64,000 nucleotides of DNA from contig NC_045696.1 of NCBI RefSeq assembly GCF_009834535.1, positions 94,118,001 to 94,182,000 on the forward strand, written 5' to 3'. Positions 12,225-23,310 of the stretch are shown here, piece after piece (position 1 is the first letter of the stretch; each line of letters opens with the position of its first letter). This stretch comes from Camelus ferus (taxonomy: Eukaryota). The notes beneath the pieces are model-generated. The model did not search any database, was not told the DNA's origin, and was given only the letters and a program-made list of their open reading frames with translations. A program made the position numbers and the translations under genes.

Positions 12225-13244
12225 TAGATCTGATGTAGCATTTGGAGGTAAATCTGTCAAGGAGTGAGTTAAACAACTTGGATAGAAAGATTCATGCAAG
12301 AAGTAATAGGCTTGTTCTCTAACCCCAGTCTTGGAAAACACTTTTCTTCTGGGTGCCCCAGTTTCCCCAACAGCAAGGCCCCAGCTGTTACCCACAGATT
12401 AAATCTAGCTGTGGAATTAGCTGATTCATTTTTATAGTCCATGATTTCTTCACTTTTAACACCTATTTGGCACTGTGCTACTGAGTGAAATGCATGTCAT
12501 AGGGCTGTGGATGTGGACCTGCCCTAGATTTGATATTAAGATTCCTTAGTGCAGCCACAGGAACATCAGATAACCAACAACATGGTCCTAGGATGATGTC
12601 GCCAATCCACTAGCCTTAACGTGACACTCCTTGTAATTCTGGTTTTCTGAAGAACTTCTGCAACTTTTATTATAAAACAAACAAACAAAACACATATAAC
12701 CAGCAGCCACATTATTCTCCCCTGCTCACAGGCCACCACTTCCATTTTTTTTAGCTAATTTTTTTGGGATTTCTTCCCATGTTTTAACATTTTATGCTTG
12801 TACTGCTGCTTCTTCACTCAGTCTGGGGCTTTGCCATTTCATTTTCTATCAGGGTAGTGAAAAGGGGTGCATTCTCACACCACAAATTAATATCCTTCTC
12901 ATTAATCGTTCTTCTAATTGTCATATTGTAGTCTTGGGTAGATCAATCTGCAGTGTTTACACTGTTATGACTGTTAACAGCTAAGCTATATTCTCAACTC
13001 TAATGGCTTTCCTTTTTGTACCCAACTTTTCATTCCCCTGGAGATCTTTGAAATTTTCTATCAGGGCCTTTGTACAGAGACTTTTTCCTCAGCTTGCAAC
13101 ACCTGCCTTCTTACTTCCCACCATTTTTTTTTTTTTTTTTTTACAAATATGTTTTACTACTTTCCTCTCTTTGACACAAAGGGAAGCATATTGTTAAAAT
13201 GTGGTAAATTCTTAGTATTAGAGTCTGTTTATCAGTGGCTAAAT

Positions 13245-13345
13245 GTTCAACCTCCAACCAGGTATTTACTGAGTGCCTACTCTGAGGTGGGCACTGTTCT
13301 GTGTTCTGAGGAGAAAGTTGTGAATAAAACAAAGTCCCCCCTTTG
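13245..13345 (-). mobile_element. L2 3' end
   Basis: TATTTACTGAGTGCCTACTCTG..GGCACTGTTCT...GTGAATAAAACAAAGTCCC. Confidence 0.7.
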
Positions 13346-15864
13346 CATTCTAGGGGAACTCAGATACTGTAATCTTACAAACCAACAATGACAGTTGCCT
13401 CTAAATGCAGCACTTTTTGTTGTATTTTTGCTTTTAAATAAGCAATGAATCTAACATCATCCAATATGAAAATATATGCTTATCTTTATTGAGCTCATAA
13501 ATATGCAGGTAAAAATGTTTATCCAGTTGAGGATTATCATCTCTTCTAAGCTCCCAAGTTTTTGTTTAATGAGTCACATTCTTAAAGTCACTGAGCAGAA
13601 CGAGAGGCCCCTGAATTAGTTCAAGCCAGAAACACTGGGGGCTTTACAGAGCAATTAAATACAGGAATAACCAGTTTCAATCCCAAATCCTCTTAGCAAA
13701 GTCACTGTCTTACATAATTAAATGTGTGGTTTTTTAAAATATATTGCTGAAAAGAAAGATAAGGTGACATGTGGTTGCCCCAACTTTATTTTTACCACTC
13801 ACCATGCCCTACTTAAACCAACCCTTTTCCTCTCCTGTGGCCATAGAATATTATTTTCGAGAAACATACTGAAAGGCATACTGGCTTGTCCATCACCTTA
13901 ATCTATGTCGTTTGCTGTCATTTACCAAATTCTCTGTCTGCCTGTGGGCAACCAATAACATAGCTGGCAAGTTCAGGAAGACCCAGATCCCTGATTCAAG
14001 GCATGTGACAAGCAAAATGACACCTGTATTTTACTTCCACTGCCAGAAGAAAGCAGCTCCTCATTACCACTATTGATTCTGTAAACATGTCAGTGCTGGT
14101 AAATACCTTCCTAACAATACCCGCCTAATGAAACTCTGGGAGAAATGACAAGCCTGCCATTAACCTTTGGAGCAACTGATAGTGGTAGAAGCAAAATTTA
14201 TCATTTATAAAAATTATTTGTCAATGTTTTATGGATCACTTATGTAAGAGATAACTATTAATGAAGTAGGTTTGAACCTTGAAGAGTCAAGCCTTCTACA
14301 AGTAGGTTGTTAAAATAATTAAGTGAACAATCACTAATTCTAACACTAGAAAAGAGGCATACATACATATGTGCTATCAGAATTCAAAGCTTTTCCTCAG
14401 TCCAAACTCAGGGACATACTGTGGACATAACGTCGCAACAATAGCAATAAAACTGCATCCTAACTGCAAAGAAACTATCAGAAAAGTAATAAAATGTATT
14501 TATTTATATTTTAGTGAAGACCTTCTCATAAAACCTGATATTTGTCAGATTCTTCACGAACAGCCTGAGAAGTTTACTTTGTTCCTCCTTTTCTCTGAGC
14601 AAAAATAAAAAGACACCCATAAAATCTGGGTGTCTAGAATTTTTGTTAACCACACCTTTCTAATAACTGAAACATAAGTACCATGGAAGTCACTGCAAGG
14701 TCCTGAATGTGCCTAAAGCATTTCATAAGGTTTTAAAATATGTTGGAAAATCACAATCTTTTCATCACTTTGCAAGTCCCTCCACTGGTGGCTGTTGGCC
14801 ATCCGAGGTTTTTGGAGCTCCCCAGTTAATTCAGTGCGTAGCCAGAGTGGAGGCCAGGGGGCCCATGTTCCTCCCCATGTGCTCTAAAAACTATCTGCCT
14901 CAGAACCACCTGGGATCTTGTTTAAAATGTAGGTTGGAGTCTTCAGCATTACACTTTGAAATCTGTGTTTTTAAGAGGCACCTCCATTACACTCAGGATC
15001 ACTTCAAGGCTAAGTAGAAATGTCATAATGGACCCTGATGCTTTTCCCTTTCTCATTTTCAGAAGCCTTCTATAGCACAGGCAACAGTAACTTCAGCAGC
15101 TGCAGTTTTACTTTGGGCTGCCGTGAGAGTCCTGCTATCAAGATTTGTCTCATTATTTGTTGTTTATTTATTTTTGACTTCCCTGCTAGCTCAAGTCTTT
15201 GAAATCTCAGATCAATTAATCTCTTAATTCATCAGAGGGAAGTATTACTCCTGCCTTTTAATTTTGGCTTTAGCTTGATAAGGAATCAAGAAAATTAATC
15301 CTTTGAGGGGGAAAAAAACCAGTTTTTGAGGTTTGACAAAATTTAACAAAATAAGCAGTCCATGGACTACTAATTGGGATATAAATTGGTGGTCTTTTTG
15401 GAATATGGCCCTTTCATTTTGGAAAATCTAAGAAGGTCATGTGGCATTTCACGGCAGGTCATCGATACTGCCGTTGAGTCGGCTTTACTCCCCCCAGTAC
15501 TCCCCTCAACCATGCTGTAGATTTTGGGAAGCTTCAATCTTCAGGTTTATTTACACCCACATGCCTGAGCCAATATGAATCCAGAAAGACTATCCTACCA
15601 ATGGGTCAGCCTTGTTACCTATTGTTGCACGCCCCGGGCCTGGGCCCGTGGGCACTGGCGTGGGTTATATGACTCCTTCCTTCACTGTAGTGTCCTTGAA
15701 TTACTTTGCACGTGCTACCACAAAGATAACTGCAGTTTGACATGTTTAGCAATTCACTGACAACTCTTCCTCACAGAGATATATTTGTAAAGGGGGTAAA
15801 CATTTTTTTCCCTACTGAACTTTTTTTGCGTATTTGGAACATAATGAAAAGTAGCTTATAAATT

Positions 15865-16075
15865 AATAACAATAGCTACTACTCACTGGTGGCTGCTCTG
15901 TATCAGGCATTATGTTGAGCATTTCAAATATATTATCTCTAATATTCTTAACAAAAACTGCAAATAGGTAATACTGTTCCTACCTTCCTAGTAAGGAAAT
16001 TGATTCAAATGGACTGAAGTTGTTAAATCCAGTATCATACAACTAATGAGCAGAATCTAAATTTAAATTCAGATG
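15865..16075 (-). mobile_element. MIR
   Basis: AATAGCTAC...CAGGCATTATGTTGAGCATTT...GTAAGGAAATTGA. Confidence 0.6.
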
Positions 16076-17279
16076 CAAACTCAATAGTTTAAAATACAAC
16101 CCCAGTGTTACTTTTGCTCATCTGAATGCTGGTAAACAGTACCTAGTATATACGGTAACTTTAAAGATTCTTATGATGCCAGATGGATAGAACTTTGATA
16201 ACTACCAAGGTGAGCTTGGGCAAAATTTTCAATTTCTGTGAGTTTAAGTTTGTTTACTTGCAAAACAGGATTATCTGAGAATTAAATAAGAACACAGGTG
16301 ACAAAATCCAAGCCAACGGGGGTCCTTAAGACTATTTATTTTCCTCATTGTCCAAGGTACTGCTTACCACATCCGTATTATCATTTCACAGCAAATCGGA
16401 GCTGAGAGTAAAACTCATAGCTTCAGGTTAATTGCAAATAAAAAGTTTGGATTTCTATTCATTCTGAGGAAAGAAATAATTACAAAATAATCTCACACCA
16501 ACAGCCCGATATAAACCCAGTCTTGTATATAAGTAAGGCAGTGCTCACCTATTGTCATACTTCACTGAAAATCAGCTAATTAACCACAGATTGCCAGATG
16601 AAGACGGATGTGTCCTTTCCTTCCAGTTTTTCCAGAAAACTTCTATTATCACTTTGCCAGAACACTCTGACATTGTCACAAGCCTGGGAAATGCAAACAG
16701 ATGAAAATAACACTGTTCTGAAGTGGAGAAACAGACACCTAGAGAATTTCTCACTCAAATTCTCCTTCACATATTTTGTTGTTTTAGTCAACTGTCCAAT
16801 TCTCAGAACGTACAGATATGTTTGAAGGGCAATTCAAAGGAATGTTAAAAACTAAATAAAAGGAGAAGGAAACACATGCAAAAGTGCTTTGTTTTAATAA
16901 GTTGTGAATAAAGCAAGCAACCACAGTTTCATGTAATATTTACACAACACCAAGAAAATTAACGAGAGGGTTCTCAAACCTTCAGGAATTTCAGAATAAA
17001 CGGCTTAAGCCTTGACATCTTTCCACTGAAGTCATGGCAGGAGTCACAACGAGCCTGAGGCTCTTGTCACAAATACAGTAATTGCTCCTTACGACTTTGC
17101 TAGAGATTCTTTTCTGTTTGAACACTCTCCCCAATAAAATAGTACAGTGTTAATTCACATCCATAAAAATGACAAGTTCTAAGGTTCCCTATTGGGCAGT
17201 GTTTTAGGCTCCAGTTTAAGACAGGTTTATAGGGAAACCCTCTTTGTTTGTTAGAGAAGAATCACTGTGAGGACTTCGT

Positions 17280-17462
17280 GTGGATAGTAGTTAAGCAAAG
17301 GACTGCAGAGCCAGAGTGCCTGGGCTTGGGTCGTAAGCCCTGCCGCTTACTGACTGTGCGACTTCGGGAGAGGAGACTTAACCTCTTTGTGCCTCTGCTT
17401 TGTCACCTGTGAAATGGGAATAATAGAAGGACCTACTTCATAGGTTGTGATGCGGAAGTAAA
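17280..17462 (+). mobile_element. MIR
   Basis: GAGCCAGAGTGCCTGGG...CTTAACCTCTTTGTGCCTC...CTGTGAAATGGGAATAATA..CCTACTTCATAGGTTG. Confidence 0.8.
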
Positions 17463-18435
17463 ACATAGAGAACCGCACCAGGTACAAGGCTGAGACAATT
17501 TAAACCAGCTTTTTTTAGAATAAGCAATTTGTCTGAGTCACCACCTGGCCATTTGGCCTGAGTAAGTCACTTTTCTGAGTCTGACTTTCTTAATCTTAAA
17601 ATAGGGAGACTATACAGTACCTAACTACAGAGTGAGGGCTAAAGATTGTCTTTGAAACATGGCTATATGCAGCAAATATAGTTGTTCACTGCACTGTAAC
17701 CTCACATGGCTTCTATCTATATCTTTTGTATCTCTCTTTCTATCTTCTATGACAAAATTGTTTGTGTGTGTGTACGTTCTCTCTCTTTCTATAAATATAT
17801 GTATACATGTTCTAGTATTAAGTCCTTGAGAAATGGAAGAAACATATATTTATATTCCATAGCACATACATTAGTATCTTAAATGTGGTGGGCACTCAGA
17901 AATTATCAGCTGAGAAAAAATTAATATTAGTTTAAGTTTAGTACTTTAGGATACACTAAATTTTGTGTGAGTCTCCTTAGCTTTACATTAAGAATTCTGT
18001 AACACTGCCCAAGAACCTAGGAAATCAATATAGTAATTTTTTCTATATTATACAGATAGAGGAAGTTGAGTAAAAGTTTGCAAGAATACTGAACATTTAT
18101 ATTTTCCCTTTAATGGTTTGCCGCTGTTTTCTCTTATAAGTTCACAACCTTCTAGAGCCCAGATCCATTATTTCCATACTTCAAATGTAACTAACCAAAA
18201 TTAATTTTAGAAATTTGCTCAGGTAACTGACACTGGCAACATGATCCAGGAAGCCCTGCTCTTATACCTTCAATCAGCTTTCAAAGTGCTGTTTAATCCC
18301 AGGGTTGTGCTCTGTTCTATCCCCACCTTGGTACTCCTGTGCCTGTTTCTAACCATGGAGCTGTCTTGGCCCAGACACAACTTCTAAATTCACAAAACCA
18401 TAGGTCTTCAAGTATTCACTAATATCTCTCATAGG

Positions 18436-18913
18436 TGTATTAGTTTCCTACTTTGGCTGAAACACATGACCACAAACTCAGTGGCTGAAAACAACACAAA
18501 TTTCTTCTCTTACAGTTCTGTAGTCTGGAAGTCTGACTGGGCTAAAATAAGGTACTGGCAGGGCTGTGTTTCTCCTGGAGGCTCTAGGGGAGACTCCATT
18601 TCCTTGCCCTTTCTAACTTCTAGACATCACCCACATTCCAAGGCTGGTGGCCTTCCTCCTCCATCGCCATGAATTGAGTCCTTCTCCCATCACATCACTC
18701 TGATTTTTCTTCTGCTTCCCGCCCTCCAACATTTAAGGACACTTGTCATTACATTGGGCCCACCCATATAATCCAGAATAAGTTCTCTGCTTTAAGGTCA
18801 GCTAATTAGCAATCCTACTTGCATCTTCGACTGTAATTCGCCATGTGAGGTGATACAGTCACAGGTTCCAGAAGTTACACCATCTTCAGAAGTCCATCAT
18901 TCCACCTACCACA
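18436..18913 (-). mobile_element. MLT1D-like MaLR solo LTR
   Basis: TGTATTAGTTTCCTA...CACAAACTCAGTGGCTGAAAACAACACAAATT...TTAAGGTCAGCTAATTAGCAA...CCTACCACA. Confidence 0.88.
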
Positions 18914-19485
18914 AGTTGTTCAAAGCTTTGTTAGACATCCTTTAAAAGTATCCAGACCAGCGCCTTGGAAAATTGACATTTTATAGTTGGAGTTCTTTAA
19001 GTAATTGGGAGAAATCAGACTTCGATAAGGCAGAGATTGTATGCTACTGAAGTGTGCTCACACAGCAGTGCCAAGAGGTTCTTTCATCTCAGAAGTCTGG
19101 TTTCCACAGTGACCAACACAGCCTCATCTGTTATTTTGCAGCCTGCAGTGTGGGGCACCCACCTCGATTCCGGCAGGAACAAATAAGTGACAGAACATAG
19201 AGCTCTCCTGGCAAATACACTTTATCTAAAAGTCCACAGACTGAGGAGTCTGATACATAATTCAGCCTCCTCCAGCTTAGCCTGTATCCCACTGTGTGCC
19301 TGGCAACACACTGGACTCAATGGAAAGACGTCATTCACGTTGGATGGTTTCAGCTGACTGACAAGCAAAGGGAAATGCATGACAAACAGAACACTTCAAG
19401 TTCAGCTAAGGATATCAGAGCGCTAGTGTCACAAACGAGATACAGTCTGAATGCAGAGATTACTTCAGGGGGAAGCTAGCTTTTT

Positions 19486-19934
19486 TTTTTTTTTAACATT
19501 TTTTATTGATTTATGATCATTTTACAATGTTGTATCAAATTCCAGTGTAGAGCACAATTTTTCAGTTATACATGAACATATATATATTCATTGCCACATT
19601 TTTTTCTCCGTGAGCTACCGTAAGATCTTGTATATATTTCTCTGTGCTACACAGTATAATCTTGTTTATCTATTCTACAATTTTGAAATCCTAGTCTATC
19701 CCTTCCCACCCTGCACCTCCTTGGCAACCACAAGTTTGTATTCTATGTCTATGAGTCTGTTTCTGTTTTGTATTTAGGCTTTGTTTGTGTGTGTGTGTTT
19801 TTTTTTTTTTTTTTAGATTCCACATATGAACGATCTCATATGGTATTTTTCTTTCTCTTTCTGGCTTACTTCACTTTGAATGACATTCTCCGGGAGCTCC
19901 ATGTTGCTGCAAATGGCGTTATGTTGTTGGTTTT
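19486..19934 (-). mobile_element. Young 5'-truncated L1 (3'UTR) with perfect 15-bp TSD
   Basis: Poly-T at 19481-19494 and L1 3'UTR motifs (TTAGATTCCACATATGA, CATGTTGCTGCAAATGGC). TSD GGAAGCTAGCTTTTT at 19471-19485 and 19935-19949. Confidence 0.93.
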
Positions 19935-19989
19935 GGAAGCTAGCTTTTTAGACTCCCAATTTCCACCTTTGGTGTAGCTTGTCATTGGT

Positions 19990-20207
19990 TGCAAGGCCTT
20001 GAAATCAGAAAGTCAGGTGTAAAGCCCAATTCTTTCCCTTAAGAGATCTGTCATCATGGGCATTTTACTTTTTAGCCCTTAGTTTCTGCATCTGTAAAAT
20101 TAATTACTGTTACCACATTGGGTTATTATGAGGAAAACCGAGGTAATGTCTTAATATTTTAGTAAGGTGCTTGGCACACTGTAAGCCCTCAATGGATGGC
20201 ATTACTT
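19990..20207 (+). mobile_element. MIR
   Basis: AGTTTCTGCATCTGTAAAAT...GGGTTATTATGAGGA...GTGCTTGGCACACTGTAAGCCCTCAAT. Confidence 0.7.
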
Positions 20208-21749
20208 TTACTTTTTCTCCTTTTAATCTTTTAGACTTTACTGCTCTAAATGCCAGCTAAAATATGAGGGAGAAGATGAAAGGCTATGTCTTTTACCCAT
20301 GGCAGTAAGTTACTGAATTTTTGTTCCATTGATATACTATTTGTTAAAATATTTCATTAAATAACACCATAATTTAACAAAAGATTAAATCAATAAAGTA
20401 AAAATAAAGATATTAGTTTACATGGCTTTCTTGCAACGTGAGATGAAATTTCTTCTTATTTTGCAAATTCTATTATTTGCAAATGTGGATTATTCCTGCC
20501 TTGATTCCTATTCTCTTTATTTTTGGGTCTCTCACACCCAAATTCCAAGTTGTGTTTCTAATTTTGGCCTTTTGTTCGTCTCTATTCACCACCTGTACTC
20601 ACAACCCACCAAGTTCAGTATTATCCTGCCCTTGATGATGGTCATGCTAAAGAGAGAAGAGGCAGCTGGAAGAGATACTTGATAGATGAATATATGGAGT
20701 GTGATGATCTAGTTTTAAGGAAGGGACAGGTCTTCAGATTCCTCTTGGTCTCCATAACTCTTTCAGTCAAAAAGACTAGCCGAGTATAAGGCATCTGGTC
20801 ATGAACATGATCTAGAGACACAGAGCTTCAGGGCCATAGAAGTCAAAAGAGAAGCTGATTCTTAGTAATAAGCAAACAGCAGCGGGCACATGGCGGAGAC
20901 TTCCTAGCAACAGAGTTGAGAAATACCTTATGTAAAGTGATCTGGAAGCAAGTGAAATTTCAGATGGTGAGACCAAGGGAGTGAATGCAATAGCCCTTGG
21001 AAATGTGAGGCAATGGGAAGTCAAAGAGCAGAACCTGAACACAAAGAAAAGGAAAATCTGTTCTGGCCAGAGCAGATCAAATCACTTAGCTAGTGAGCTA
21101 GCAAAGAGGACCTGGAAACTCATGTTAAAGTGCAGCTTACAATGTTTATCATTTTTTTATATATAATCATGCTGAAGATATGTGCAAATATCATGTATAT
21201 GGCTTTCAATGTGTAGTCATCACATTAAGAACTAGTAGTAGTTTAATTCATTTCAATGGATTCCTTTTGCGGTCTTCATGAAACCATCAGTTAAAGACTC
21301 TTTCCGGGTATTCGTCGATTTAGCCACATATAGTAAGTTAAATCTCACACTCAGTTTATCTGAATACCATCTTCTGTAGAGCCAAGTGGGCTAGCTCTAT
21401 CGACTTTTTATTATTTGTTAAAACTCTCTATTTCTTCCTTTGCCTTTTTCTTCCTTTTCCTTCTCAGATGTACACGAGGCAATATCTTAGAGCTTGTTAC
21501 CTCGCCCATTTTATATGTCCAGGGAAGCCTAATAGAAAGTTAAAAAATGGATGGGTTTTTTACAGTCTTTGCTGGCAGACTTCTTCTCTGGTTGAGTCTT
21601 CATGGGTTCACTGAAAGTCTTTTATCTGACCCGGTAATGAGAACAGGTATAACTGTTCTTGGAAATTAATGCTGTTTTTGTCATCTATCTCCAAAGATAC
21701 AACTATGGTTTGGGTATGAGGTGACTCTCTTATTGCTTCCCCAACTCAA

Positions 21750-21875
21750 CTGTCCCCTTCTAGAATGTAAATCCCTCAGGAGGAGGGATCTTTCTCTGTT
21801 TTGCTCACTGATGCATCCCAACTGTCTTGAACAGTGCTGGGCACATGGTGGGCACACAAACATTTACTGAATGAG
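21750..21875 (+). mobile_element. L2 3' end
   Basis: CTAGAATGTAAATCCCTCAGG...GAACAGTGCTGGGCACATGGTGGGCAC..AACATTTACTGAATGA. Confidence 0.8.
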
Positions 21876-22792
21876 ATGCTCTTGGGGAACAGGAAGCCTA
21901 GTAAGGGTTAATCTTACGCAGGAGGCAGGGAGGGGGTGGGTGGGAGTGAGATGGGCCAGAAGGCTGCACTATTGGTTACTGAGAGAGAAAACAGAAGAAA
22001 GGTTCTATGCTTTGGTTGCCCTCTCCAAATATCTCATGGTCTTGCTTTCATACTATTTTTGTCTGAGATCTTTGTATCACAGTCCTAACAACTACTGTAC
22101 TGACACAATATCTTAAACATTCATAGGTACCACTTTTGAAATTCTATTCAGCTGAAGAGACCACTCTCCCTGCTACCCACCATCACCTAAGCTGCGCCTC
22201 TGTGTGGGACACAGAGGAGACTGCCACTGTGACTTTGCCAGAGGGTAAGTTATTAAAGGAATTATTAAAGTAGATTGCATAAAAATAGCATTCAATATTT
22301 ATTTATTTGTAAATTGTTAAACATATCATTAAAATTGCCCAGCTAATCCTCATGCCTATGCTTAATATCAATACCCCTGCCTATGTAATTGTCAGTTAAA
22401 ATTATAATTTCAATCTTCAATGTTTCCATTCTTCCTCTTTTATTTCTCCTTGCTGTCTATTTTTCCTCTCCTTTTCTTCTGTAAGTAGTCACAAAGAACA
22501 TACACTGTCTTCAGCATGGATGGATGTTGGCTTGCAGAGTAGAGAAAGCAGATTCCTGTTAGAAGGAACTCATGGTCTAATGGAGGTAACTGGTCTAATG
22601 GAGGATCAACAGGATCCTGTGTGGTAAGTTCTATAAGGAGGTCGGTACGTATGAGAGGTGGTGTGAGCTCAGAGGAGAGTAAATTACTTAGCCTGTAGGT
22701 TTAGGGAAGTTTCCCAAGGGAGAAATCTTGAACGATGAGTAAGACTTCTACAGGAAGTCAAGGAAGATGAAAGATTTCAAACAGAGGGACTA

Positions 22793-23310
22793 TGTCCCTG
22801 ACCCTGTTGGTTGCCCCTTCAAGCATCATTTCCTCTTCAATCATTTCTTGCTATCCACATCCTGACTTTTTATTTCTGGTAACCTTATGAATCACTGAAG
22901 GCTTGGATTCTTCCCAGCCCCAGGGGTTAAATCTTGATCAGCCTAACTCAATAGGAGCAGTTCTATTGCCTTTGTCATGGTTGCTTTAGAAAAGATCACT
23001 TCATTCCATCTTGGTCCATGAGACAGATCTGAGGTAAAATTTGCTGTGGGGATTCTGGGACATCCCATGTGAGGAGGGGATGGTCCCTTCTGGTTTTTAT
23101 ATGCTGCTATGTCAGGATATGAATTTTGAAGCTAACTGAAACGTTTGTAACCACAGGAAACAAAATTTGAGGAAGAAGAGCTGTGTCTCTGAGAATGGTA
23201 TTGGGCCATAAAACAGCAATCTCAGAATCACTAACTGAAACTAACTCTGACTTCTTGTGGTATCTGATAATAAATCACTTCATTTGTAAGTACTTTTGAG
23301 TTAACTGATA
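22793..23310 (+). mobile_element. Old MaLR LTR (MLT1J/K-like)
   Basis: TCCCAGCCCCAGGGG..TCTTGATCAGCCTAACTCAAT...GACTTCTTG..TGATAATAAAT...AACTGATA. Confidence 0.6.
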
